From: Gemmatimonadaceae bacterium
GTDB taxonomy: Bacteria; Gemmatimonadota; Gemmatimonadetes; Gemmatimonadales; Gemmatimonadaceae
Length of the DNA stretch: 52,888 nucleotides
Assembly (NCBI GenBank): GCA_036393555.1
Contig: DASWGU010000093.1
Location: 1-52,888, forward strand
Direction of reading: 5' to 3'
Positions 18,101 to 26,847 of this stretch are shown here, piece after piece; positions within the stretch are counted from its first letter, which is position 1; each line of letters opens with the position of its first letter. Position numbers and translations under genes: made by a program. A model generated the notes under the pieces. That model saw nothing but the letters and a program-made list of their open reading frames with translations, was not told the DNA's origin and ran no database searches.

Positions 18101-18131
18101 GACCTGAGACGTGCGACCCGGGATCTGCGAC

Positions 18132-19697
18132 CTAATGTCCCGTATGCATCTCCCGCTCCACTCGCGCATAGCCGGCCAGTTCGCTGGCACTGGGCGTGAG
18201 CACGGAGACGACGATGGCCGTCAGGAATGACAGCGGGATCGTGACCAATGCCGGATTGCGCAGCGGGAACCAGGCGGATTCATGCTTGAGAATGTCCACC
18301 TGGATCGTGGGAGACAGGTAGATCAGCGTCAGACTTGACACCGTACCCAGCACCATGCTGGAAACCACGCCCGGCGTGGTGCTCCGTCGCCAGAAAATGG
18401 ACAGTACCAGGGCAGGAAACGTCGCGCTCGCCGCGATGGCGAAGGCCAGCGAAACCATGTAGGCCACGTTCTGCCCTTTGAACGTGATGCCAAGCAGAAC
18501 CGCCACCACGCCGAGTATGACGGTTGCCACACGCGCCACGCGGAGTTGCTCGCCGGGTGTTGCATGTCCACCGCGAGCCACATTCACCCACAGGTCGTGG
18601 GACAGAGCCGCAGCGCCCGACAGAGTGAGGCCGGCCACGACGGCCAGGATCGTGGCAAACGCGACGGCCCCGATGAACCCCAGGAACGGGGTCCCGCCCA
18701 GCGTTTCGGCGAGCAGCGGTGCCGCCATGTTGCCGCCGGCATCCACGCCACGAATCACGTCCGGACCCACCAGGACCATGGCGCCGAAACCGAGCACGAA
18801 CGTCATCAGGTAGAAGAACCCGATGAGACCGGTCGCGTAGAAGACCGACGTGCGTGCCGCCTTCGCATCCGGGACGGTGTAGAAGCGCATCAGGATGTGC
18901 GGTAGTCCGGCGGTGCCGAACATGAGCGCCATGCCGAGTGATACGGCGTCGAGCGGCGTGGAGACCAGGCCTCCGGGAGCCAGCACTCCCTCACCGTACC
19001 GGCTGGCAGCGGCGTTGAACAGCGCTACGGGATTGAATCCGAACCTGGACAGCACCAGGAGCGCCAGGATGGTGGCGCCGCCCAGGAGCAGGAAGGCTTT
19101 GACGATCTGCACCCACGTGGTGGCAATCATCCCGCCGAAGAGCACATACGCCAGCATCGCGGCACCAACGAGCATGATCGCGGTCTCGTAGGTGATGCCG
19201 AACATCAGCCGGATGAGGCCGCCCGCGCCGACCATTTGTGCGATCAGGTAGAAGATTACGGTGGCCAGGGTGCCGAGCGCCGCGCCGATGCGCACCGGCG
19301 CCTGCTGCAGACGCGCTGCCACCACGTCGGCAAACGTGTACTTCCCCAGGTTCCGTAGCGGCTCGGCGATCAGGAACAGCACAACGGGCCAGCCTACGAG
19401 CCAGCCGGTCGAATAGATCAGCCCGTCGAAGCCGGTGGTGGAGACCAGGCCGGCAATGCCCAGGAACGAAGCAGCGCTCATGTAGTCGCCCGCCAGCGCA
19501 AAGCCGTTCTGTCCGGCGCTGATGGTGCGGCCGGCGGCGTAGTACTCCTCCGTGGTCCGGGTTCGCCGCGCCGCCCAGTAGGTAATGGCCAGAGTGGCCG
19601 CAATGAAGGCGAAGAAGAACGCCATCGCGACCGCGTTCGGCTCCCCGATGCGGGTCGCTTGTGCGGCGGCCGGTGGCCCGGCCTGCAGGATGATCAC
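18132..19697 (-). CDS. actP: Cation/acetate symporter (SSS family)
   Basis: Strong ActP-like sequence (AAGRTISAGQNGFALAGDYMSAASFLGIAGL...GLPHILMRFYTVPDAKAARTS). GTG 19697 forms a GTGA overlap with the DUF485 stop. The track extension to 19934 overlaps that gene. Confidence 0.9.
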   Translation of the reverse strand: MIILQAGPPAAAQATRIGEPNAVAMAFFFAFIAATLAITYWAARRTRTTEEYYAAGRTISAGQNGFALAGDYMSAASFLGIAGLVSTTGFDGLIYSTGWLVGWPVVLFLIAEPLRNLGKYTFADVVAARLQQAPVRIGAALGTLATVIFYLIAQMVGAGGLIRLMFGITYETAIMLVGAAMLAYVLFGGMIATTWVQIVKAFLLLGGATILALLVLSRFGFNPVALFNAAASRYGEGVLAPGGLVSTPLDAVSLGMALMFGTAGLPHILMRFYTVPDAKAARTSVFYATGLIGFFYLMTFVLGFGAMVLVGPDVIRGVDAGGNMAAPLLAETLGGTPFLGFIGAVAFATILAVVAGLTLSGAAALSHDLWVNVARGGHATPGEQLRVARVATVILGVVAVLLGITFKGQNVAYMVSLAFAIAASATFPALVLSIFWRRSTTPGVVSSMVLGTVSSLTLIYLSPTIQVDILKHESAWFPLRNPALVTIPLSFLTAIVVSVLTPSASELAGYARVEREMHTGH

Positions 19698-19978
19698 GGA
19701 CGGCCAGCCTTCCGGATCTCGTCCAGCGCGCGGTCGTAGTGCTCGTTCGCCCAGCGCACGTAGTACCACGTGAGCAGCCAGGTGGCCACGATGACAAGGG
19801 CGCCCAGCAGGATGCCCACGCTCAATCCCGGCGTGATCAGCGAGCCCATGAACGGCTTGTTGAACGCGATCAGGAGGATGAAGCCGAAGTACACCGCAAT
19901 CACGGCGGCCGTCAGCGTGATGGCGACCCGCCAACGCCGGCGGGCGAGACGCTGCAGGTCAGAGTCGCGTGCGGTCAC
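19694..19978 (-). CDS. DUF485 inner-membrane protein (YjcH-like partner of ActP)
   Basis: RRRWRVAITLTAAVIAVYFGFILLIAFNKPFMG...YVRWANEHYDRALDEI closely parallels E. coli YjcH (YIGFILLIAF). The start is uncertain (GTG 19978 proposed). Confidence 0.75.
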   Translation of the reverse strand: MTARDSDLQRLARRRWRVAITLTAAVIAVYFGFILLIAFNKPFMGSLITPGLSVGILLGALVIVATWLLTWYYVRWANEHYDRALDEIRKAGRP

Positions 19979-20192
19979 GGAATCGGTTGGCGTTAGGCAG
20001 TAGTCGCTCTGGAACACGAGCGCCCCAAACCTGTGGGCCGGGACCGGGTCCGGCAACCCGGGACCTTCGCCAACGCCACACCGGAAGGAGCGTCGTCCGG
20101 GTCGGGGCACGAACGGGGCGGCGCGTTCCACCCGCCACGCACGACGGCGCCCGGCGCAGAGGCCGGACGCCGCCCGATGACCAACCAGTGCG

Positions 20193-21833
20193 TTATTGCG
20201 TCACGCCCGTCGGCTTCCTGGGCAACTTCTCCGCCCGGGTCGCTGCCAGGTACACGAATGCCGCCACGACGGTCGCGTTGTGCCTCATGTCATCCGCGAC
20301 CAGCCGGTCGTAGACGTCCATGTTGGAGTGATGCGTCCGCGTGCCGTACTCAACCTCGTCCTGCACGAACTGCCATCCCGGAAGCCCAATGCGGTCGAAG
20401 GACAGGTGGTCGGTTCCACCCGTGTTCCCGCCGTTGATGGCCTTCGTCCCCAGCGCATTGAACGGCTGCATCCACTCGGTGAAAACCGACCGGACGCCCT
20501 CGTTCTGCTGCAGGTAGATGCCGCGGATCTTGCCCGTGCCGTTGTCGACGTTGAAGTAACCCGAAAACTTCTGCGCCGCCGGCTTGAGCGAATCCGCGGA
20601 CGAACCGAACGTGCTGGCCACGTATGCCCGGCTGCCGAGCAACCCCTGTTCCTCTCCGGTCCAGAGCCCGATACGTACCGTGCGCTTGAGCGGCAGGCCG
20701 GTCGCCTTCAGAATGCGCAGGGCTTCCATCATGATCGCCGAACCCGCGGCGTTGTCCGTCGCGCCCGTGCCCGCATGCCAGGAGTCGAAGTGCGCACCCA
20801 GCATGACGACTTCGTCCTTCAGTTGCGGATCGGTGCCGGGGATTTCGGCCAGCACGTTGAACGCGGTCAGATCCTGGTCATGGAACGAGTTCTTCACGTT
20901 GGCTTCGATGCGTACCGGAACGCCCTTCTCCACGATTCGCACGATCCGGTTGAAATGCTCGGCGGAGAGGATGATCGTGGACGTGAGCGTAGGATTCAGC
21001 GGGTCGCGCGAGCCCGTGCCGCCGGTGAAAACCGTTCCCATCGTGCTCCCGCCGGCCCCGCGCGTCAGGCTGACGCTGCCCGGCTGGAGGATCGCCGCAA
21101 CGCCCTGCTCGGCAAGGAACGCCGTGCGGAGCCGGTTGAACTCCGCGTTGAATCCGCCCCGACCGCCGCCACGGCCCTGGCCACCTGCGCGGCCACCACG
21201 ACCAGCACCTCCGGCACGGGGAGTCACCGGTCCCGCCGCCGTCATGCTGTCCAGTCTACCCTCAGTGTGACGACTGGCATCAGGCACGAAACTCGGCGCC
21301 AGTGCGATCGGCTGCGCCAGCACGACGAACGCGTTCCGCAGCTTGCCGCGGTATTTCTCCAGGTCTGGCGCGCTGTCAGCCACGATGCGGACCACCTCAC
21401 CGGTGACAGTGCCGTTGGTGCCCGGAGTCCACGCTGCCGGGTACGCGATCACCGGCCAGGGTGTGGGCGCAATCACGTTCAGGCTGAATCGGTCATTGGT
21501 CCAGCCACGGCCGAACGTGCCCCACGGCTCCAGTCTGGCGTTCACCATCCCCCATTCCGTCATCTTCTTCACTGACCACTCCGCTGCGGCCCTGATGTTC
21601 GGCGAACCGGTGAGACGGGCCCCGAATACGTCCGTGAGCCAGCTCGCTGTCTCCATGACCGCAGAGCGATCGCTCAGTCCCTCGGCTTTGATCTTCTCGA
21701 TGGCCGCAGCATCCACCTGCTCCTGGGCGCGGATCGGGGACGCGGGCAGCATGACCGCCAGGATCGCGGCGCCGGCGAACGCGGAGAGCCGCCTCGCGGT
21801 GGGCGCGCGGTTGAAGCACAGTTCGGGTGACAT
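20193..21833 (-). CDS. Secreted M28-family aminopeptidase with PA-type insert
   Basis: From ATG 21833 (SD AAGGAGA upstream): MSPELCFNRAPTARRLSAFAGAAILAVMLPASPIRAQ signal sequence. M28 core: VVMLGAHFDSWHAGTGATDNAAGSA...GLWTGEEQGLLGSRAY...GGTDHLSF. Confidence 0.85.
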   Translation of the reverse strand: MSPELCFNRAPTARRLSAFAGAAILAVMLPASPIRAQEQVDAAAIEKIKAEGLSDRSAVMETASWLTDVFGARLTGSPNIRAAAEWSVKKMTEWGMVNARLEPWGTFGRGWTNDRFSLNVIAPTPWPVIAYPAAWTPGTNGTVTGEVVRIVADSAPDLEKYRGKLRNAFVVLAQPIALAPSFVPDASRHTEGRLDSMTAAGPVTPRAGGAGRGGRAGGQGRGGGRGGFNAEFNRLRTAFLAEQGVAAILQPGSVSLTRGAGGSTMGTVFTGGTGSRDPLNPTLTSTIILSAEHFNRIVRIVEKGVPVRIEANVKNSFHDQDLTAFNVLAEIPGTDPQLKDEVVMLGAHFDSWHAGTGATDNAAGSAIMMEALRILKATGLPLKRTVRIGLWTGEEQGLLGSRAYVASTFGSSADSLKPAAQKFSGYFNVDNGTGKIRGIYLQQNEGVRSVFTEWMQPFNALGTKAINGGNTGGTDHLSFDRIGLPGWQFVQDEVEYGTRTHHSNMDVYDRLVADDMRHNATVVAAFVYLAATRAEKLPRKPTGVTQ

Positions 21834-22110
21834 CTCCGTCGATCTCCTTGAGAATGCAGTGATTACCCGCGCGGAGCAGGCGCTCTCGAATGGGAATGCC
21901 CAAACTCCGTCGGGCGAAAAACTTACGTCCCCGTCCCCTGCTCCGCTGCAGCCCAGGCGAGCTCGGCCTACCGGGCGACAGGCTGCGCGCTTGCGGTCCC
22001 CACCGTGAACGGCCAGATATGCTGACACGTAGAATCCGGGGGAAAGAGGTTCCCTTTTGCGCCAGACCCCCTATTGCGGATCCGATCGCCTGTCTTCACA
22101 GGAGGCCCCG

Positions 22111-23103
22111 ATGCTGTTGTCTCTCGCTCTGCTGACCGCCGTTGCCGTGCCGATGCAGGGCACCGATTCGGTCAAGATCCAGGAATGGACGGTCCCCTGG
22201 GAACGCACGCGACCGCGCGATCCCTCGGTCGACAAGGAAGGAAAGGTCTGGTTCGTAGGACAGGCCGGGCACTATATCGGCAAGCTCGACCCTGCCACGG
22301 GCGAGTTCAAGCGCTTCGAGCTGGATCCCGGAACCGGTCCGCACACCCAGATCGTGGGGAGTGACGGGAACATCTGGTACGCGGGCAACCGGGCCAATCA
22401 CATCGGGAAGGTCGACCCCACGACTGGCCAGATCACCAAGTATCCGACCCCTGAGGGTGTCCGCGATCCGCACACCATGGTCGAGGACAAGAACGGCAAC
22501 ATCTGGTTCACGGCGCAGCAATCGCAGTACGTCGGCCGCTTCAACCCCAAGAGCGGCAAGATGGACGTGATCAAGATGGAAGGCCGCAAGAACCCCTACG
22601 GCATCGCCCTGGACTCCAAGGGGAACGTCTGGTTCAACGAATTCGCCACGAACGCCATCGGCAAGATCGACCCCAACACGATGGAACTGACGGAGTATCC
22701 CCTTCCCAACGAACGCTCACGGGATCGGCGAATCGCCATCTCGTCGGACGACATGATCTGGTACACGGACTACGGCCGCGGCTTCGTCGGCCGCCTGAAT
22801 CCCGGGACGAAGAAGGTGGACGAGTGGCCGCTTCCGGGTGGTCCGCTGTCACAGCCGTACGGCATGACGATTGACGACAAGGATCGCGTCTGGATCGCGG
22901 AGATCGGAAAGCAGCCCACAGGCGGCGAGGACAAGAAGGTCCGGATCGTGGGCTTCGACACCAGGGACTGCGCCCTGATGAGCACGACGTGGGTGCCCTC
23001 CGGCGGAGGCACGATCCGCCACATGATCTTCGACAAGAACTCGCGCGAGGTCTGGTTCGGCACCGACGCCAACACGATCGGCCGCTTCAAGGTTCCCAAT
23101 TAG
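22111..23103 (+). CDS. Secreted Vgb-like (virginiamycin B lyase-like) beta-propeller protein
   Basis: SD GGAGG 22101-22105, ATG 22111. MLLSLALLTAVAVPMQG is signal-like. There are six repeats of the pattern G.(V/I)W(F/Y)....(N/G).(I/V)G(K/R)(L/I/V/F)(D/N)P.(T/S/N)....E(Y/W)PLP. Confidence 0.75.
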   Translation: MLLSLALLTAVAVPMQGTDSVKIQEWTVPWERTRPRDPSVDKEGKVWFVGQAGHYIGKLDPATGEFKRFELDPGTGPHTQIVGSDGNIWYAGNRANHIGKVDPTTGQITKYPTPEGVRDPHTMVEDKNGNIWFTAQQSQYVGRFNPKSGKMDVIKMEGRKNPYGIALDSKGNVWFNEFATNAIGKIDPNTMELTEYPLPNERSRDRRIAISSDDMIWYTDYGRGFVGRLNPGTKKVDEWPLPGGPLSQPYGMTIDDKDRVWIAEIGKQPTGGEDKKVRIVGFDTRDCALMSTTWVPSGGGTIRHMIFDKNSREVWFGTDANTIGRFKVPN

Positions 23104-23309
23104 TGTCCATCCTGAAAACTCGGAGCGCGTGATGGATTGGGAGGGAAAGCGAGCGACGCATCCACTCACCACTCGGGCCTGATCGCTGAGTGCTCAGTAC
23201 TGGGTGCTCGAACTGGTGACACGTGCTGGCGCTGGGGTTGGCTCGGCACCAGCTCCAGGACCAGGAAGCAGGTCGAGCATCCAGCACTCACGACTCAGGC
23301 CGGCCAGCT
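23103..23309. repeat. Intergenic structured repeat element, copy A (~207 bp)
   Basis: Collinear with 43577-43765. Exact shared runs include gatcgctgagtgctcag (17 nt), gtgacacgtgctggcgctggg (21 nt), gcaccagctccaggac (16 nt) and aggaagcaggtcgagcatccagcactcacgactcagg (37 nt, 23263-23299 = 43719-43755). Confidence 0.85.
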
Positions 23310-23344
23310 TGGTTGATCTGGCGATTTCAGGCCAGGTTGTCACG

Positions 23345-23370
23345 ACAGGGGCGCCAACCGGCGCCCCTGT
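23345..23370 (-). terminator. Perfect 11-bp stem / 4-nt loop hairpin 4 nt after the stop of 23375..23908
   Basis: acaggggcgcc aacc ggcgcccctgt, read directly. There is no long U-tract, which I understand to be common in high-GC genomes. Confidence 0.55.
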
Positions 23371-23374
23371 TCGT

Positions 23375-23908
23375 TCATGTCGGTAGTCGTGAGCCAGGTG
23401 CCCCGCCGCCTTGCGCCGTCGGCCCGCGGCCCGACGTTGACCCGAGACCCGTGGGCTGGCAGTTCTGCATCCGCCTCGTATCCGCGACTTCGAGGATCTT
23501 CCACTGGGCGCCTTCCTTCACGAGGAGGAAGTGGTCCACACCGCAGTGGCTCAACGTCGTCCCCCGATAGAACACGTAGTCCGTCCACACGGACGCGAGC
23601 GTACCGTCAACGAACACTCGTTCGTTCGACAGCCGTTCGTCCCAGACCTCGTTGCGCGGACGGCCAATGGCCTGAATGAACGGTTCGACCGATTCACCGA
23701 CCTGCACCGTCGGTTCGCCATTCCGCACGAGAGTCGTAATGAGCCTCGCCTTGTCGTGAAAGAGCGGCCTGACCATGGCACTGTCGCCCTGTCGCATTCC
23801 GTCGAACAGCTTGTGAACGACCGCGAGGACGTCCTGCTCCGCGCCCTGCGCGTTACCGGCCGCGGGCAGGACGACCAGGAGAAGTACCACGGCGAGGAGG
23901 CGTTTCAT
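23375..23908 (-). CDS. Secreted NTF2/SnoaL-like (DUF4440-like) protein
   Basis: ATG 23908. MKRLLAVVLLLVVLPAAGNAQG signal, then AVVHKLFDGMRQGDSAMVRPLFHDKARL...VFVDGTLASVWTDYVFY, typical of the NTF2-like fold. Confidence 0.6.
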   Translation of the reverse strand: MKRLLAVVLLLVVLPAAGNAQGAEQDVLAVVHKLFDGMRQGDSAMVRPLFHDKARLITTLVRNGEPTVQVGESVEPFIQAIGRPRNEVWDERLSNERVFVDGTLASVWTDYVFYRGTTLSHCGVDHFLLVKEGAQWKILEVADTRRMQNCQPTGLGSTSGRGPTAQGGGAPGSRLPT

Positions 23909-24109
23909 GGGCGGTTTGGGGGAAGGAGACATACGCGATCCCGAATCTGGTCGGCAATGCCACGGTCCGGAACGGCAGCGTGGTAAACCGCGAGTCTCGT
24001 CGTCCCGGCCGCAGGCCGGCGGTGGGAGCACACCGCCGGACCCGCCTCGCGTTGACTCGGTTCTTGGCGTCAAGACGGCCCGTCGGCCACAAAGCAGGTG
24101 ATCGGGCGG

Positions 24110-24592
24110 TCAGCGCCCAACCGCGCACTGATAGGTGCCCATCAACTCGGCCGACGCCAGCACGTGGCCCTCCATGGCGCGCAGGAGCTCGGCCTTGGTG
24201 TGTCCATCGCGCAAGCCGAGCGTGCGATCCAGCGCATACAGCTTGAAGAAGTACCGATGCCGTCCGATGGGCGGCATCGGGCCACTGTATCCCCGGCCGC
24301 CCGAGTCGTTCCTGCCTTCACGCGCTCCTTCCGGCATCGTCTGTCCGGACACTGCCTCCGGGAGCTGCGTGACCGTCGCGGGAATGTCGTAGACAACCCA
24401 GTGGACCCACGTTCGGCGCGGAGCGGCGGGATCGGGCACATCCGGATCATCGACGATCAGGACGAAGCTCTGTGCTTCCCTTGGCGCGCCGCTCCATTCG
24501 AGCGGCGGGCTCAGGTCCTCGCCTTCGCCGGTGAAATGTGTCGGCATGGCAGCGCCGCGCTCGAACCCGGGAGAGGTGAGCACGAACATCAT
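24110..24592 (-). CDS. YbhB/YbcL-family PEBP (Raf kinase inhibitor-like) protein
   Basis: LSPPLEWSGAPREAQSFVLIVDDPDVP...WVHWVVYDIP...GRGYSGPMPPIGRHRYFFKLYALD, a canonical bacterial PEBP signature. Confidence 0.9.
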   Translation of the reverse strand: MMFVLTSPGFERGAAMPTHFTGEGEDLSPPLEWSGAPREAQSFVLIVDDPDVPDPAAPRRTWVHWVVYDIPATVTQLPEAVSGQTMPEGAREGRNDSGGRGYSGPMPPIGRHRYFFKLYALDRTLGLRDGHTKAELLRAMEGHVLASAELMGTYQCAVGR

Positions 24593-24631
24593 GCGGTCGG
24601 ATCGACTCGGCGGCCGTGAGCCATCTGCGGC

Positions 24632-24946
24632 CTAACGAGGCCAGTCGGTCTCCCGGCCGCTGGCCGGCATCAGCTCCGCATCCGCCTGCGTGCTGGCCCG
24701 GAACGGAGTGACCGCGGACACGACGGACCGGGCCGCCAGGGCGACAAGGGGAACCCCCAACCCCGTACCGAGGAGCGCGAGGTTCACAGCCAGGAAGCCC
24801 GACGTCCACCGGTTCACGAAACCGCGGTCCCGCGTGAGGAACACCGTGGCGAGGCCGGCACCGTTGACCAGCACGAACGCCACGGCCGACCAGGTGAACG
24901 CGGTCGAACCGACACCATCCAGCCACGACATGATCGTGTCAGGCAT
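24632..24946 (-). CDS. Small hypothetical membrane protein (3 predicted helices)
   Basis: 104 aa, hydrophobic segments. A good SD (GGAGG, 6-nt spacer) precedes ATG 24946. Confidence 0.55.
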   Translation of the reverse strand: MPDTIMSWLDGVGSTAFTWSAVAFVLVNGAGLATVFLTRDRGFVNRWTSGFLAVNLALLGTGLGVPLVALAARSVVSAVTPFRASTQADAELMPASGRETDWPR

Positions 24947-25124
24947 GCCACCCTCCGCACCGGGACGCCCGCCGCGCGGCGGTTGGGGTTGGCACCGCCT
25001 GCCGGACAGCCGTCCGAGGAAGTCCTACCTTAGCGTCGAACGGTTGATTGCGCGAGAGCAATGCCTGCCGTCTCCGGGCGGACCGGAGCGTTCTCACCCG
25101 CGCCACCACCGCGGTTCGCCGCTC

Positions 25125-25598
25125 TCAACCCTTCCGAAGTCGCTTGCGGCGCCTTCGTGCCTGGCGGGGTGTCTCGCCGAACGCCTGGTGCCGGACTTCG
25201 ACGTTGCCCAGATACGCGCTGCCGGTAATCCGCAGCACCGGGGCTCCCGGATCGAGATCCCGGTCTCCCGCCTCGACGGCGAAGTTGGCCGCCAGGCCGT
25301 CTCCTTCGTTCACCACGCGCACGCCGGGCGGGACGACAATCTCCACGTTACCCAACAGGCAGAAGATCTCGATGACGCTCTCGCCATCGACCAGGTCGGC
25401 CTCCCGCAGGTCGAGTTCGGCACTGCCAAAGATCGATACCACCCGCGTCTCCGGTGAAAGGCGCCACGGCCCGGTTCGCTCCTGGCTGCTGACGAACGCC
25501 ACGATACCCTGCTTGGCCGGCAGGTCCGCGGACTCCGCGGACCGATGAACGACCCGGTGCCGGATCGGTACGCTCAGCCGTCCCTCGGGTTCACGCAT
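25125..25598 (-). CDS. LiaF/DUF2154-like beta-rich domain protein (no TM segment)
   Basis: ATG 25598 is preceded by AGGAGG (6-nt spacer) inside the 3' end of the upstream gene (8-nt overlap). VSIFGSAELDLREADL...IEIFCLLGNVEIVVPPGVRV resembles the LiaF C-terminal domain. Confidence 0.6.
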   Translation of the reverse strand: MREPEGRLSVPIRHRVVHRSAESADLPAKQGIVAFVSSQERTGPWRLSPETRVVSIFGSAELDLREADLVDGESVIEIFCLLGNVEIVVPPGVRVVNEGDGLAANFAVEAGDRDLDPGAPVLRITGSAYLGNVEVRHQAFGETPRQARRRRKRLRKG

Positions 25599-26847
25599 TG
25601 CGCGCCTCCTCACCTCGCCTTCCAGAAGACGGGATCGTGCCCGCTGAGGGTTCATTGAGTTGCCGCTCGATTTCGTCCGCCCTCGAGGCATCGGGCACCG
25701 AACCCTGGGCCAACCGCGGTGACCCACCCCCGCGACCGCCTGCCCGTTCCAGCAGGGGACGCAGGGTTCTGCCGGCGTCGACCCCTGAATCGGCAGACGT
25801 GGCCAACAGGATTGACGGGGGATCGTGGGAGACAGCGACGAACGTGACCTTCGGTTTCCCGCTGATCGCGAGCGCGAGCGCCCGGCTGGCGTCCGCGCCG
25901 CCGGACTGCCGGCGCTCCACCACGCGGCGGAGGCCGTCGGCGCCTGGTTTCGCATCGCGGTACCTGGACTCGGCGAGGTGGCCGGCCAACGCCTCGTGCA
26001 GCCGGCGGGTTTCCGACTGCAGGTCGCGCAGTTGCGCTGCCTGCGCCTCGACCAGGGTGGCGGCGTCGTCGAGAGAGGCGGAATGGGCCCGGGCGATGCG
26101 CGTCAGCAATTCGAGGTCACGGCGCGCGCGCGCGATTGCGCGGTGTCCGCACACGAACTCGAGACGGATACCGGATCGCACGCGGTCCTGTCCGCGGAGC
26201 AGGACGGGGCCGATCTCGCTCGTGGATCCCACGTGAGTGCCACCGCAGGCGCTACGGTCGACTCCTTCGATGGTCACGATGCGGAGCGTCCCCGCGCGAT
26301 CGCTGGGCTTGCGCAATCCACCCGCCTCGGCGGCGTCCTCGAACGTCACGGTGACCGGTCTCGACTCAGCCACGAGGTCGTTCGCCCGCGCCTCGAGCGT
26401 CCGTATCGTTGCCTCCGACAGTGGGGTGCTCCCCTCCGCCGTCTCTGGTCCCTGGCCTCCTGCGAGATCGAGCGTCGCGCTCTCGGGTCCGAAGTGCACG
26501 CTGACCGTCCGCAGGTCCAGCTGCTCGTGGCACACCGCGGAGAGCAGGTGCTGGCCGGTGTGCTGCTGCATGTGGTCGAACCGCCGAGTCCAATCGATTA
26601 CGCACTCTGCAACGGTCCCGACGGCGGCCACGGCACCAGTGACGACGTGCGCCACCCCATCGCCCTCGTCCACCACGTCGACGACCGGCACGCCGCCTAA
26701 CGTGCCCACATCGTGTGGCTGGCCACCGGACGTCGGATAGAACGCGGTCCGGTCGAGATACACGCGTCGCCCTTCATCGCTCACGTCGGTGATGCGGGCG
26801 GCGAAGGATCGCAGGTGCGCGTCGCGATAGTAGAGTCGTTCCGTCAT
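25591..26847 (-). CDS. AlaX-L type alanyl-tRNA editing protein (AlaRS second-additional-domain + DHHA1-like tail)
   Basis: MTERLYYRDAHLRSFAARITDV...DRTAFYPTSGGQPHDVG...RRFDHMQQHTGQHLLSAV...SACGGTHV (HxxxH and CxxxH zinc motifs). ATG 26847 forms an ATGA overlap with the upstream stop. Confidence 0.85.
   Translation of the reverse strand: MTERLYYRDAHLRSFAARITDVSDEGRRVYLDRTAFYPTSGGQPHDVGTLGGVPVVDVVDEGDGVAHVVTGAVAAVGTVAECVIDWTRRFDHMQQHTGQHLLSAVCHEQLDLRTVSVHFGPESATLDLAGGQGPETAEGSTPLSEATIRTLEARANDLVAESRPVTVTFEDAAEAGGLRKPSDRAGTLRIVTIEGVDRSACGGTHVGSTSEIGPVLLRGQDRVRSGIRLEFVCGHRAIARARRDLELLTRIARAHSASLDDAATLVEAQAAQLRDLQSETRRLHEALAGHLAESRYRDAKPGADGLRRVVERRQSGGADASRALALAISGKPKVTFVAVSHDPPSILLATSADSGVDAGRTLRPLLERAGGRGGGSPRLAQGSVPDASRADEIERQLNEPSAGTIPSSGRRGEEARNA

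Noticed and set aside
1344-22028. 5' extensions of track ORFs (for example starts at 1344, 8591, 10516, 12645, 14446, 16055, 19934, 22028).
   Set aside because: The extensions overlap the preceding gene by 100-240 nt and precede the conserved family N-termini. Internal ATG or GTG codons that form ATGA/GTGA overlaps, or that sit 1-60 nt after the upstream stop, were chosen instead.
22111-23103. Streptogramin-resistance gene (Vgb lyase).
   Set aside because: The repeat architecture is Vgb-like, but the protein has a signal-peptide-like N-terminus and I cannot verify the catalytic residues by eye. It is called only a Vgb-like beta-propeller, not a resistance determinant.
23103-23309. Autonomous mobile element, prophage or genomic island around the repeat copies.
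   Set aside because: No transposase, integrase, recombinase or tRNA target is present, and no terminal inverted repeats with target-site duplications could be defined. Flanking genes are ordinary chromosomal genes. It is treated as a non-autonomous repeat family.
23223-23570. Similar peptides in track ORFs 23223..23570 and 43646..43891 (..HQLQD(Q/K)EAGRASSTHDSG..).
   Set aside because: The similarity simply reflects the nucleotide repeat. The frames are not conserved beyond the repeat, there is no start or SD context, and the sequence is palindromic. It is not considered coding.
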